A stretch of 39,686 nucleotides of DNA from Lachnospiraceae bacterium (lineage in GTDB: Bacteria; Bacillota; Clostridia; Lachnospirales; Lachnospiraceae): contig JAFRIL010000242.1 of assembly GCA_017432845.1 (NCBI GenBank), positions 1 through 39,686 on the forward strand, read 5' to 3'. Positions 26,910-34,619 of this stretch are shown here, piece by piece (within the stretch, counting starts at the first letter, position 1; each line of letters starts with the position of its first letter). The position numbers and the translations under genes are program-made. The notes below the pieces were generated by a model. It had not been told where the DNA came from and ran no database searches. It worked only from the letters and a program-made list of their open reading frames with translations.

Positions 26910-27683
26910 ATGTTGAACAGTTTTTCAAGAACACAGTTATTATATGGAGAGGAAGCGATGGGAAGGCTTGCCGCTTCCCGTGTTGCCGTATTCGGAATAG
27001 GCGGAGTCGGAGGATATGTTGTTGAAGCTCTTGCCAGAAGCGGGATAGGTGCACTTGATCTTATCGATGACGACAAGGTATGCCTTACGAACATCAACCG
27101 TCAGATCATAGCTACAAAAAACTCCATCGGGAAATATAAGGTGGATGTGGCCAAAGAGAGGGTTCTTGATATCAATCCAGAATGCGAGGTAAGAACGTAC
27201 AAAACCTTCTTTTTGCCAGAGACACAGGATCAGTTTGATTTTGCGCAGTACGATTATGTTGTTGATGCGATCGATACGGTCACGGGCAAGATCGCTATCA
27301 TTGAAAAAGCAAAAAAGGAATCCGTGCCGGTCATTTCCTCTATGGGGGCCGGTAATAAGATAGATGCCTCCATGTTCGAGGTTTCCGATATATATCAGAC
27401 ATCCGTATGTCCGCTTGCAAAGGTGATGAGACATGAGCTCAGAAAAAGAGGGATCGATTCCCTTAAGGTAGTGTATTCGAAGGAAAAGCCCAGAAGACCT
27501 CTGGAGGATATGTCGGTCAGTTGCAGGCAAAACTGCATCTGTCCTCCGGGAACGGTAAGAAAATGCACCGAACGAAGGGACATCCCGGGATCGACCGCAT
27601 TTGTCCCGTCCGTTGCCGGACTGATAATAGCAGGTGAAGTGATAAACGATCTTACGGGAATACAGAGGGAAGATTATGAATAA
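26910..27683 (+). CDS. tcdA: tRNA threonylcarbamoyladenosine dehydratase (ThiF/E1-like, TcdA/CsdL family)
   Basis: FSRTQLLYGEEAMGRLAASRVAVFGIGGVGGYVVEALARSGIG ... DDDKVCLTNINRQ matches TcdA. Starts 4 nt after the rlmD stop. Confidence 0.8.
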   Translation: MLNSFSRTQLLYGEEAMGRLAASRVAVFGIGGVGGYVVEALARSGIGALDLIDDDKVCLTNINRQIIATKNSIGKYKVDVAKERVLDINPECEVRTYKTFFLPETQDQFDFAQYDYVVDAIDTVTGKIAIIEKAKKESVPVISSMGAGNKIDASMFEVSDIYQTSVCPLAKVMRHELRKRGIDSLKVVYSKEKPRRPLEDMSVSCRQNCICPPGTVRKCTERRDIPGSTAFVPSVAGLIIAGEVINDLTGIQREDYE

Positions 27684-28518
27684 AAAGAATGTGCTTACCA
27701 TAGAGCAGAAGGATAAGCTTAACGAACTGAGGAAGATAATAGGAGAGCTCGGAAGTCTTGCGGTAGGATTTTCCGGAGGTGCGGATTCCGCATTGCTTCT
27801 TGCTGTGGCGCATGAAGTGCTTGGAGAGCGTTCACTTGCAGTAACAGCTGCCGATGCATCCGTTCCCAAGCGAGAGATAAGCGAGGCAAAAAAGTTTTGC
27901 GAAGACAGGGGCATCAGACATATCATGATCAATACCGATCCGCTGTCTGAAGAATCATACAGGAATAACTCTTCCGACAGATGTTATTTCTGCAAGCGCG
28001 GGATCTTTTCCGAGATAATAAAGACCGCCAAGGAGAACGGGATCGAATATGTGGCGGAAGGCTCCAACATGGATGATCTCGGAGATTACCGTCCGGGACT
28101 GAAAGCCATTGCGGAGCTTAACGTTAAAAGTCCTTTAAGAGATGCGGGACTGAATAAATCCGATATCAGGATGATATCAAAAGCAATGGGACTGCCGACG
28201 TGGAACAAACCTGCCTATGCATGTCTTGCTTCCAGATTTGTGTACGGAGAGCAGATCACGGAAGAAAAACTGCACATGATCGACCGCGCCGAACAGTTTC
28301 TGATCGGACTCGGGTTTTATGAAGAACGGGTGAGGATGCACGGTGATCTGGCAAGAATCGAAGTTGCTGCGGATGATATACCCCGACTTGCGTCGGAAGA
28401 AGTACGTAATAAGATATATGAGGAGTTTAGGAACATAGGCTTTCTGTTTGTGACCCTTGATATGAAGGGTTACCGTACCGGAAGCATGAATGCGACACTT
28501 GATAAGGATAAGGCCTGA
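27676..28518 (+). CDS. larE: LarE-type PP-loop ATP-dependent sulfur transferase homolog (three-Cys variant)
   Basis: PP-loop FSGGADSALL, CxxC in DRCYFCKRG, and the LarE active-site context PAYACLASRF. Overlaps tcdA by 8 nt, with RBS GAGGGAAGATT-ATG. Confidence 0.7.
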   Translation: MNKKNVLTIEQKDKLNELRKIIGELGSLAVGFSGGADSALLLAVAHEVLGERSLAVTAADASVPKREISEAKKFCEDRGIRHIMINTDPLSEESYRNNSSDRCYFCKRGIFSEIIKTAKENGIEYVAEGSNMDDLGDYRPGLKAIAELNVKSPLRDAGLNKSDIRMISKAMGLPTWNKPAYACLASRFVYGEQITEEKLHMIDRAEQFLIGLGFYEERVRMHGDLARIEVAADDIPRLASEEVRNKIYEEFRNIGFLFVTLDMKGYRTGSMNATLDKDKA

Positions 28519-28541
28519 TAAAGAGGGAGATTACCGGGATA

Positions 28542-29516
28542 ATGAAAAAGAACGGGAACACGAACATTTGGACATACTTTCCCGTCACGTTTGCGGCTGC
28601 ACTGTTTTGCTGCATATTGTGGGGAAGTGCCAGTCCGGCGATCAAGATCGCTTATGAACTGTTTGGGATAGGACCGGATGAGACCGCATCCAGACTGATG
28701 CTTGCAGGTGCGAGATTTATCATTGCAGGTATCATGGTAATATTATTCGGCTCGATCATAAACAGACGGTTTTTAAGACCACAGCGGGCAGCGCTTAAAC
28801 CGGTGCTTATATTATCATTCCTGCAGACGGTCGGACAGTACTTTTTCTTCTTTATGGCTCTTGCACATACAACGGGAGTTCGCGGATCGATAATCAATGC
28901 GGCCGGAAATTTCCTTACAATATTGTTTGCGGTGTATGTTTTCAGGCTGGAGAAGATGACCGTTAGAAAGATAGTCGGATGCCTTGTCGGATTTGCGGGT
29001 ATCATCATGATACTCGGAGGTGGTGCGGCGCTTATGGAAGGCGGCGGCATATCGTTTGCAGGCGAGGGCGCGATGCTTACGGCTGATGTATTCTATGCCA
29101 TGTCGGGTTGCTGCATCAAGATCTTTTCAAGAAAAGAGGACCCGGTCGTATTAAGCGGTTACCAGTTTTTTGTCGGCGGGATCATTCTGTTCGTGATAGG
29201 ACGGATCATGGGAGGTGCCCTTGTATTTGCGACCCCGTCATGCTGGGGGAATCTTATATACATGGGATTCATTTCCGCAGGCGCCTATACGATCTGGGGC
29301 ATTCTTCTTAAATACAATCCGGTAAGCCGTATCTCAATACTCGGATTTATGAACCCCGTGATGGGAGTGCTGCTGTCAGCTGCCTTCCTTGGTGAGAACA
29401 GGGAAGCATTTTCGCTGACGGGACTTATGTCTCTGGTGTTGGTATCTGCCGGTATAGTCATCGTTAATCTTACCAAAGCAAAGCCTGACAAAGAAAAACA
29501 GCCGGGCATGGAGTAA
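28542..29516 (+). CDS. DMT-superfamily (EamA-type) transporter
   Basis: 324 aa, about 10 hydrophobic spans in two EamA-like halves, with a short hydrophilic C-terminal tail. Confidence 0.85.
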   Translation: MKKNGNTNIWTYFPVTFAAALFCCILWGSASPAIKIAYELFGIGPDETASRLMLAGARFIIAGIMVILFGSIINRRFLRPQRAALKPVLILSFLQTVGQYFFFFMALAHTTGVRGSIINAAGNFLTILFAVYVFRLEKMTVRKIVGCLVGFAGIIMILGGGAALMEGGGISFAGEGAMLTADVFYAMSGCCIKIFSRKEDPVVLSGYQFFVGGIILFVIGRIMGGALVFATPSCWGNLIYMGFISAGAYTIWGILLKYNPVSRISILGFMNPVMGVLLSAAFLGENREAFSLTGLMSLVLVSAGIVIVNLTKAKPDKEKQPGME

Positions 29517-29530
29517 TACAGAGGACAGAT

Positions 29531-30547
29531 ATGCGAAACTACTTCAGGACGGTTACGGCCATTGCCGTGTTATTAATTATCGGATCACTCGTGCTCATAG
29601 TTACTTCAAAAGGAAGCGGGGTGCCGTATGTTTTTATAGCGGGACTTGTCGCTTTCTTTGCACTGTTTTTGGTGGGAGCATATCTGTATGGCGTTCACGT
29701 CAGGGATAAGATCGCAGCTCCTCTTGAAAACATGAGGGTTTATGCCGATATGATCACGCGGGGAAACCTGGACGATATCCCGGAGACTGACATAAACACC
29801 GACTTCGGAGAGTTTTCGGAAAGTTTCAATCTTGTATGCGATGAGCTTCAAAAATCACGGGACAGGGAAGCCCTGCTGCGACAGAGACAGCGTGAATTTG
29901 TTACGTCCCTCGGACAGGAACTGAAGACTCCGGTTACAGGGATCAGGCTTACCGCCGAAAATCTAAGGGCCGGACTTATATCCGGGAAAGACCTTGAAAA
30001 CTTCAAATCAGTATATGCCCAGAATCTTGACAGTATATATGACAAGGCGGCGCAGATCGAAGAAGACCTGATAGAGCTGACAACATCCGCACTTGATGAC
30101 CTTGGGGAGATAAGAGTCTGTTTAGCCGATGAAAAGGCGCAGATACTTGAAGACATCTTAAGAAAGCACGATGACAGGCAACTGGTATTTGCAGCCTCGG
30201 TCCCTGATGTTCTCATAAATGTTGACAGACGACGGATGGACCAGGTGATCGGAAACATAATAGTCAATTCATATCAGTATGCCGATACCCAGATAGATGT
30301 CAGCTACCTGCTGTTGGATGATTTTCTGCAAATGATGATATCCGATCACGGACCGGGTGTTGCAACGGATGAGATAGACCATATCACGGACAGATTCTAC
30401 AGGAGCAGGCTCGGGGCGTCCAGCAAGGACGGGAACGGACTGGGGCTTTACACAGCGAGACTCCTTATGAAGAAGATGAACGGTGAGCTGATGGTGGCCA
30501 ACACGGGAGACGGTCTTTGTGTCACGCTTCTCATACCTGTAAGCTGA
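29531..30547 (+). CDS. Orphan histidine-kinase homolog (2 TM with minimal loop, linker, DHp, HATPase_c) with Gln in place of the phosphoacceptor His
   Basis: The H-box position reads FVTSLGQELKTPVTGI (Q129, codon CAG 29915-29917). The N-box IGNIIVNSYQYA, G1 SDHGPGV, F-box ITDRFYR and G2 GNGLGLYTARLL are all intact. No response regulator is adjacent. Confidence 0.8.
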   Translation: MRNYFRTVTAIAVLLIIGSLVLIVTSKGSGVPYVFIAGLVAFFALFLVGAYLYGVHVRDKIAAPLENMRVYADMITRGNLDDIPETDINTDFGEFSESFNLVCDELQKSRDREALLRQRQREFVTSLGQELKTPVTGIRLTAENLRAGLISGKDLENFKSVYAQNLDSIYDKAAQIEEDLIELTTSALDDLGEIRVCLADEKAQILEDILRKHDDRQLVFAASVPDVLINVDRRRMDQVIGNIIVNSYQYADTQIDVSYLLLDDFLQMMISDHGPGVATDEIDHITDRFYRSRLGASSKDGNGLGLYTARLLMKKMNGELMVANTGDGLCVTLLIPVS

Positions 30548-30572
30548 TCTAACAGTAAGCCGAAGGTAACTG

Positions 30573-30601
30573 TTGACGGATGATACATCACGAGTTATAA
30601 T
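30573..30601 (+). promoter_or_regulatory. Sigma-A-type promoter of the nifS-nifU-rrf2 operon
   Basis: TTGACG (30573-30578), 17-nt spacer, TATAAT (30596-30601), 37 nt upstream of ATG 30639. Confidence 0.55.
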
Positions 30602-30628
30602 CCTAGCTGCCAGGTAGGTTATTATAAC
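30594..30628. promoter_or_regulatory. Imperfect inverted repeat overlapping the -10 box (candidate Rrf2 operator)
   Basis: GTTATAAT-CCTA-(n9)-TAGG-tt-ATTATAAC: 8+4 bp arms with a 2-nt asymmetry. The left arm contains the TATAAT box. Confidence 0.35.
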
Positions 30629-30638
30629 GAGGTGTATT

Positions 30639-31823
30639 ATGGATAAGATGATTTATATGGACAATGCAGCCACAACAAGGGTTGCAAAAGAAGTGTTCGA
30701 AGTGATGGCTCCTTACTTTACCGAAGAGTATGCCAATCCTTCGAGCACATACACTTTTGCCGGAAATTGTGCCAGGACAGTTGCAGCGGCAAAGGAGACT
30801 ATAGCTCAGACGATTGGATGCAGCGCAAAGGAGATATACTTTACTGCCGGCGGCAGTGAGTCCGACAACTGGGCACTTAAGGGAATAGCCGATGCCCAAA
30901 AATCCAAGGGCAGACACATCATCACATCAAAGATCGAGCATCATGCGATATTGAACACATGCGCGTTTTTGGAGAAGAACGGATATGAAGTGACATATCT
31001 TAATGTCGACGAAAACGGTCTTGTCGATCCCAATGAAGTCAAAAAAGCCATAAGGGACGATACCATCCTCATTTCGGTAATGTTTGCCAACAATGAGATA
31101 GGAACGATCGAGCCTGTTGAGGAGATAGGCAGGATAGCGCATGAGCACAATGTACTGTTCCATACGGATGCGGTACAGGCTTTCGGACATGTGCCGATAG
31201 ATGTATCTTCGATGAACATCGATCTTCTTTCGGCAAGCGGACACAAGCTTAATGGTCCGAAGGGCGTCGGCCTTCTGTATATAAGAAACGGGGTAAAGAT
31301 AACAAACCTGATCCACGGCGGAGCACAGGAACACGGAAGAAGAGCGGGAACGGTCAATGTTCCGGGTATTGTCGGATTTGCCGAGGCAGCAAAGATCGCA
31401 AGCATGAAGATGGAAGAGAGGTCATCCTACGAAAAGGAGCTCAGGGACCTCCTCATAAAGAGAGTGCTTGAGGAAATACCGTTTACAAGGTTAAACGGGG
31501 ATCCCGAAAAACGCCTCAGCAATAATGCCAACTTCTGCTTCAGATTTGTCGAAGGAGAATCCCTGCTGATACTGCTGGATCAAAACGGGATATGTGCATC
31601 ATCGGGATCGGCGTGCACGTCGGGATCGCTCGACCCGTCACATGTGCTTCTGGCTATAGGGCTTCCGCATGAGATAGCGCACGGATCATTAAGGATCACC
31701 ATATCTGATGAGACAACAAGGGAAGATATCGACTATACAGCCGATACACTCGTAAAGATCATATCAAGGCTTAGGGATATGTCTCCGCTCTGGGAGGATT
31801 TTGTAAAAGGAGGAAAAAAATGA
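30639..31823 (+). CDS. nifS: Cysteine desulfurase NifS (class I, PLP-dependent)
   Basis: IYMDNAATT N-terminus, PLP-lysine context SASGHKLNGPKG, and active-site Cys loop SSGSACTSGS. Confidence 0.9.
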   Translation: MDKMIYMDNAATTRVAKEVFEVMAPYFTEEYANPSSTYTFAGNCARTVAAAKETIAQTIGCSAKEIYFTAGGSESDNWALKGIADAQKSKGRHIITSKIEHHAILNTCAFLEKNGYEVTYLNVDENGLVDPNEVKKAIRDDTILISVMFANNEIGTIEPVEEIGRIAHEHNVLFHTDAVQAFGHVPIDVSSMNIDLLSASGHKLNGPKGVGLLYIRNGVKITNLIHGGAQEHGRRAGTVNVPGIVGFAEAAKIASMKMEERSSYEKELRDLLIKRVLEEIPFTRLNGDPEKRLSNNANFCFRFVEGESLLILLDQNGICASSGSACTSGSLDPSHVLLAIGLPHEIAHGSLRITISDETTREDIDYTADTLVKIISRLRDMSPLWEDFVKGGKK

Positions 31824-32299
31824 GTCAGGTTACGGAATACAGCGAAAAGGTCATGGATCATTTCTCCAATCCGAGAAATGTCGGCGAGATAGAAAATGCT
31901 TCGGGAGTCGGCACTGTCGGAAACGCAAAATGCGGTGATATAATGAGGATGTATCTCGATATAGATGAAGATCATATAGTAAGGGATGCAAAATTCAAGA
32001 CGTTCGGCTGCGGAGCAGCGATCGCAACAAGCTCAATGGCAACGGAACTTGTAAAGGGTAAGAGTGTTGAGGAAGCACTTAGCGTTACAAACAAGGCAGT
32101 TATGGAAGCACTTGACGGATTGCCCCCTGTGAAGGTACACTGTTCTTTACTGGCTGAGCAGGCAATCCATGCAGCGCTATGGGATTATGCCGAAAAGAAC
32201 AGCCTGGAAATAAACGGACTGACTCCACCGGTAAACGACATTGATGAGACCGAAGAGTTTTATCAGATGCAGGGGGAGGGTGACGGAGGAAAGAAATGA
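31820..32299 (+). CDS. nifU: Fe-S cluster assembly scaffold NifU/IscU-type
   Basis: The three scaffold Cys contexts are GNAKCGD, FKTFGCGAAIATSS and VHCSLLAEQA. Shares an ATGA overlap with nifS. Confidence 0.9.
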   Translation: MSQVTEYSEKVMDHFSNPRNVGEIENASGVGTVGNAKCGDIMRMYLDIDEDHIVRDAKFKTFGCGAAIATSSMATELVKGKSVEEALSVTNKAVMEALDGLPPVKVHCSLLAEQAIHAALWDYAEKNSLEINGLTPPVNDIDETEEFYQMQGEGDGGKK

Positions 32300-32697
32300 T
32301 ATCTACCAGAGGACGCTATGCATTAAGAGTTATGATCGACATCGGACTGAATCAGGATGACGGTTTTGTCCCGATGAAGGAAGTGGCACAGCGTCAGGGA
32401 CTGTCACTCAAATATCTTGAGCAGATATTACCTGCACTTACCAAGAACGGACTCGTTCAGGGAATGCACGGAAAAGGAGGCGGGTACCGCCTGACAAGAA
32501 AACCGGAGGATTACAGGATAGGAGAGATATTAAGACTTACTGAAAAGGACCTTGCGCCGGTCAGCTGTCTTGCCGAGGGGGCCGCTAAATGCGACAGGAT
32601 GCCAAAGTGCAAGACAATAGCTTTCTGGAAGGGACTCAATGAAGTCACAAACGAATATCTCGACTCAAAGACACTGCTGGATCTGATGGAAGAGTAA
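32296..32697 (+). CDS. Rrf2-family transcriptional regulator (IscR/CymR-like, three-Cys cluster site)
   Basis: The N-terminal wHTH STRGRYALRVMIDIG ... LSLKYLEQILPALTKNGLV ... GGYRL is typical of Rrf2. The Cys triad is SCLAEGAAKCDRMPKC. Shares an ATGA overlap with nifU. Confidence 0.85.
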   Translation: MISTRGRYALRVMIDIGLNQDDGFVPMKEVAQRQGLSLKYLEQILPALTKNGLVQGMHGKGGGYRLTRKPEDYRIGEILRLTEKDLAPVSCLAEGAAKCDRMPKCKTIAFWKGLNEVTNEYLDSKTLLDLMEE

Positions 32698-32720
32698 TCG
32701 ATCATGAATAGGAGCTTAAA

Positions 32721-34601
32721 ATGAAGAGGATCGGGAAGTTCGGGATTTGGGTCTTTCCGGTCCTTATAATATCTGTATTTTTCCTGCTCTCGTGCTCGAA
32801 GGATGAAGCATCGCAGACAGGGGATGAGCCGGAAAAAGAGACGGCTGTCCAACAGGCACCGGAAGAAGATGTGCCGGTCAAAGAGCCTGAAGAGGTGACA
32901 CCGGCCGAAGAGACGGCGGAGCCCGAGGCGGAAACAGCCGAAGATACAGCGGAAGAAGAGACGGATACAAAGGACACGGAAGATGGTGTTCATGTCAGGC
33001 TGCGCCTTGCCGACAGCGGCAAGGACGTTTTTGCTCTCTGGGGTAACGGACGTCCGGATTACAGATACGGCCCGTCCATCATGAGCGACGGGAAAGGCGG
33101 AGTTCATGCGTGGTTCGCATCTCCCGGTGACAGCAGAAAAGAATATGACTGGATAACATACAGACATTCCGATGACGGTGGAAAAACATGGGGTCCGGAA
33201 AAGGTTGTCCTGTCTCCGACACCCGGAAGTGCAGATCTTAAATCTGTCTGTGATCCCGATGTTTTCTTCTATGACGGATATTATTATCTCGGCTATACGG
33301 GAACCGTCAACAAAGACGGACTGTGCAACAATGTATTTCTGGCAAGGTCCCAGTCCCCGGAAGGGCCTTTTGAAAAATGGGATGGTAAAGGATGGGGAGG
33401 CGCACCCGTTCCGCTCATCTATTTTGAAGGCATAGATATAGGCTGGGGAGTCGGTGAGCCCAGTTTTGTAGTGATTGATGACACGCTCTACATATACAAT
33501 ACGCTTGATTCGTTCTCGGACGTATTCGGATGGGTAAGAGCAACGCAGGTACATACAGCCGACCTTAAGGACCCTTCTTGGCCGAATTCCATCGGCTGTG
33601 ACGGGATCAGTGTTTTCAGAAACGACAGTGAGCCTGACAGCGAGTATATGTATCAGGATTCGGATTCGTGGGATGTGGCATACCTTGAAGATTCCGGAAA
33701 GTTTGTTGCGCTTACGACAAACAGAAGATTTAAGGATGACAGCTGTCTACTCTACTATGAATCCGACGACGGTATTCATTTTGAGAGGGTTTCCGAACTA
33801 AATACGAATGTGATAAGCGGATGCCATAACTGCGGGCTGATGTCAGACGGATTCGGACATATCGCAGCGGACGATGAGACCATACTGGGATATGCGTATG
33901 CCGGTTCCGGAGAATCCAAGTGGGGAATGTGGGCAACGAGGTTTGCGCCCGTTAAGATCGATTATACGGATGATATTGACCGGTCCGAAGACGGAAAAGA
34001 TAATCTCAAACAGGAGATCAGGATAGATGAATCCCTCCTGTCATCCGATCCGATAATGCTTATGACCGACCAGCTGACATATACGGCATATCTTGATAAC
34101 CCGGTAAACATCAGGTATTACCTGATGAACTCCCGCAGAGGCAGGAGCGGGATAAGCGCGGAAGAGATCAAGATCGATTATGACAGGCACATGGTAAGAC
34201 TTGATGAGAAGAACCGTCTCGTTCCGATACGTGAGGGAATAACGACTGTAGGTGTCGAGTATAACGGGCTCAGAAGGCAGATACGTATATGCGTACTTCC
34301 GGATGATTATGATGAGGCAAGCATCAGGACGTTTTATCCCATGTGCAGGAAGTACAATATAGACGCGTCACAGCCGATCATTATCAAGATAAGGCCGATG
34401 GCTGTATTTGAAGACTATTCTCTTGAAGAACTGTCTGGATATGAGATCAATTCCAATAACTTGAGGTTCAGGACATCTGATGCCTCGGTAGTCAGGGTCA
34501 GCAAGGACGGAACGCTTAAGCCGGTCTCATCCGGACAGGCGGTGATAACAGTTGAAGCAGACAACTGCAAATACACTGTGGATGTTTATGTGAATCTGTG
34601 A
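32721..34601 (+). CDS. Secreted lipoprotein: acidic linker, 5-bladed beta-propeller glycoside-hydrolase-like domain (GH43-like), C-terminal Big_2 Ig-like domain
   Basis: Lipobox FFLLSC, then an E/T/P-rich linker. Contains an Asp-box SDDGGKTW and GH43-like strings CDPDVFFYDGYYYLGYTG, SPEGPF and GEPSFVVIDDTLYIY. The Big_2-like C-terminus reads FRTSDASVVRVSKDGTLKPVSSGQAVITVEA. Confidence 0.6.
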   Translation: MKRIGKFGIWVFPVLIISVFFLLSCSKDEASQTGDEPEKETAVQQAPEEDVPVKEPEEVTPAEETAEPEAETAEDTAEEETDTKDTEDGVHVRLRLADSGKDVFALWGNGRPDYRYGPSIMSDGKGGVHAWFASPGDSRKEYDWITYRHSDDGGKTWGPEKVVLSPTPGSADLKSVCDPDVFFYDGYYYLGYTGTVNKDGLCNNVFLARSQSPEGPFEKWDGKGWGGAPVPLIYFEGIDIGWGVGEPSFVVIDDTLYIYNTLDSFSDVFGWVRATQVHTADLKDPSWPNSIGCDGISVFRNDSEPDSEYMYQDSDSWDVAYLEDSGKFVALTTNRRFKDDSCLLYYESDDGIHFERVSELNTNVISGCHNCGLMSDGFGHIAADDETILGYAYAGSGESKWGMWATRFAPVKIDYTDDIDRSEDGKDNLKQEIRIDESLLSSDPIMLMTDQLTYTAYLDNPVNIRYYLMNSRRGRSGISAEEIKIDYDRHMVRLDEKNRLVPIREGITTVGVEYNGLRRQIRICVLPDDYDEASIRTFYPMCRKYNIDASQPIIIKIRPMAVFEDYSLEELSGYEINSNNLRFRTSDASVVRVSKDGTLKPVSSGQAVITVEADNCKYTVDVYVNL

Positions 34602-34619
34602 CCGTCTGTTATCATGTTA

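Noticed and set aside
26940-27932. 330-aa minus-strand ORF antisense to tcdA/larE
   Set aside because: Over tcdA it runs in the codon-aligned antisense frame, where stops require the rare sense codons TTA/CTA/TCA. It has no RBS and a low-complexity Ser/Arg/Phe-rich sequence, while both sense genes have strong family motifs. This is a codon-bias artefact.
32511-33554. 347-aa minus-strand ORF antisense to rrf2 and the lipoprotein gene
   Set aside because: It has an Arg/Cys/Phe-rich junk-like sequence, no RBS, and spans a gene boundary on the other strand. The sense strand carries a lipobox, an Asp-box and GH43-like motifs.
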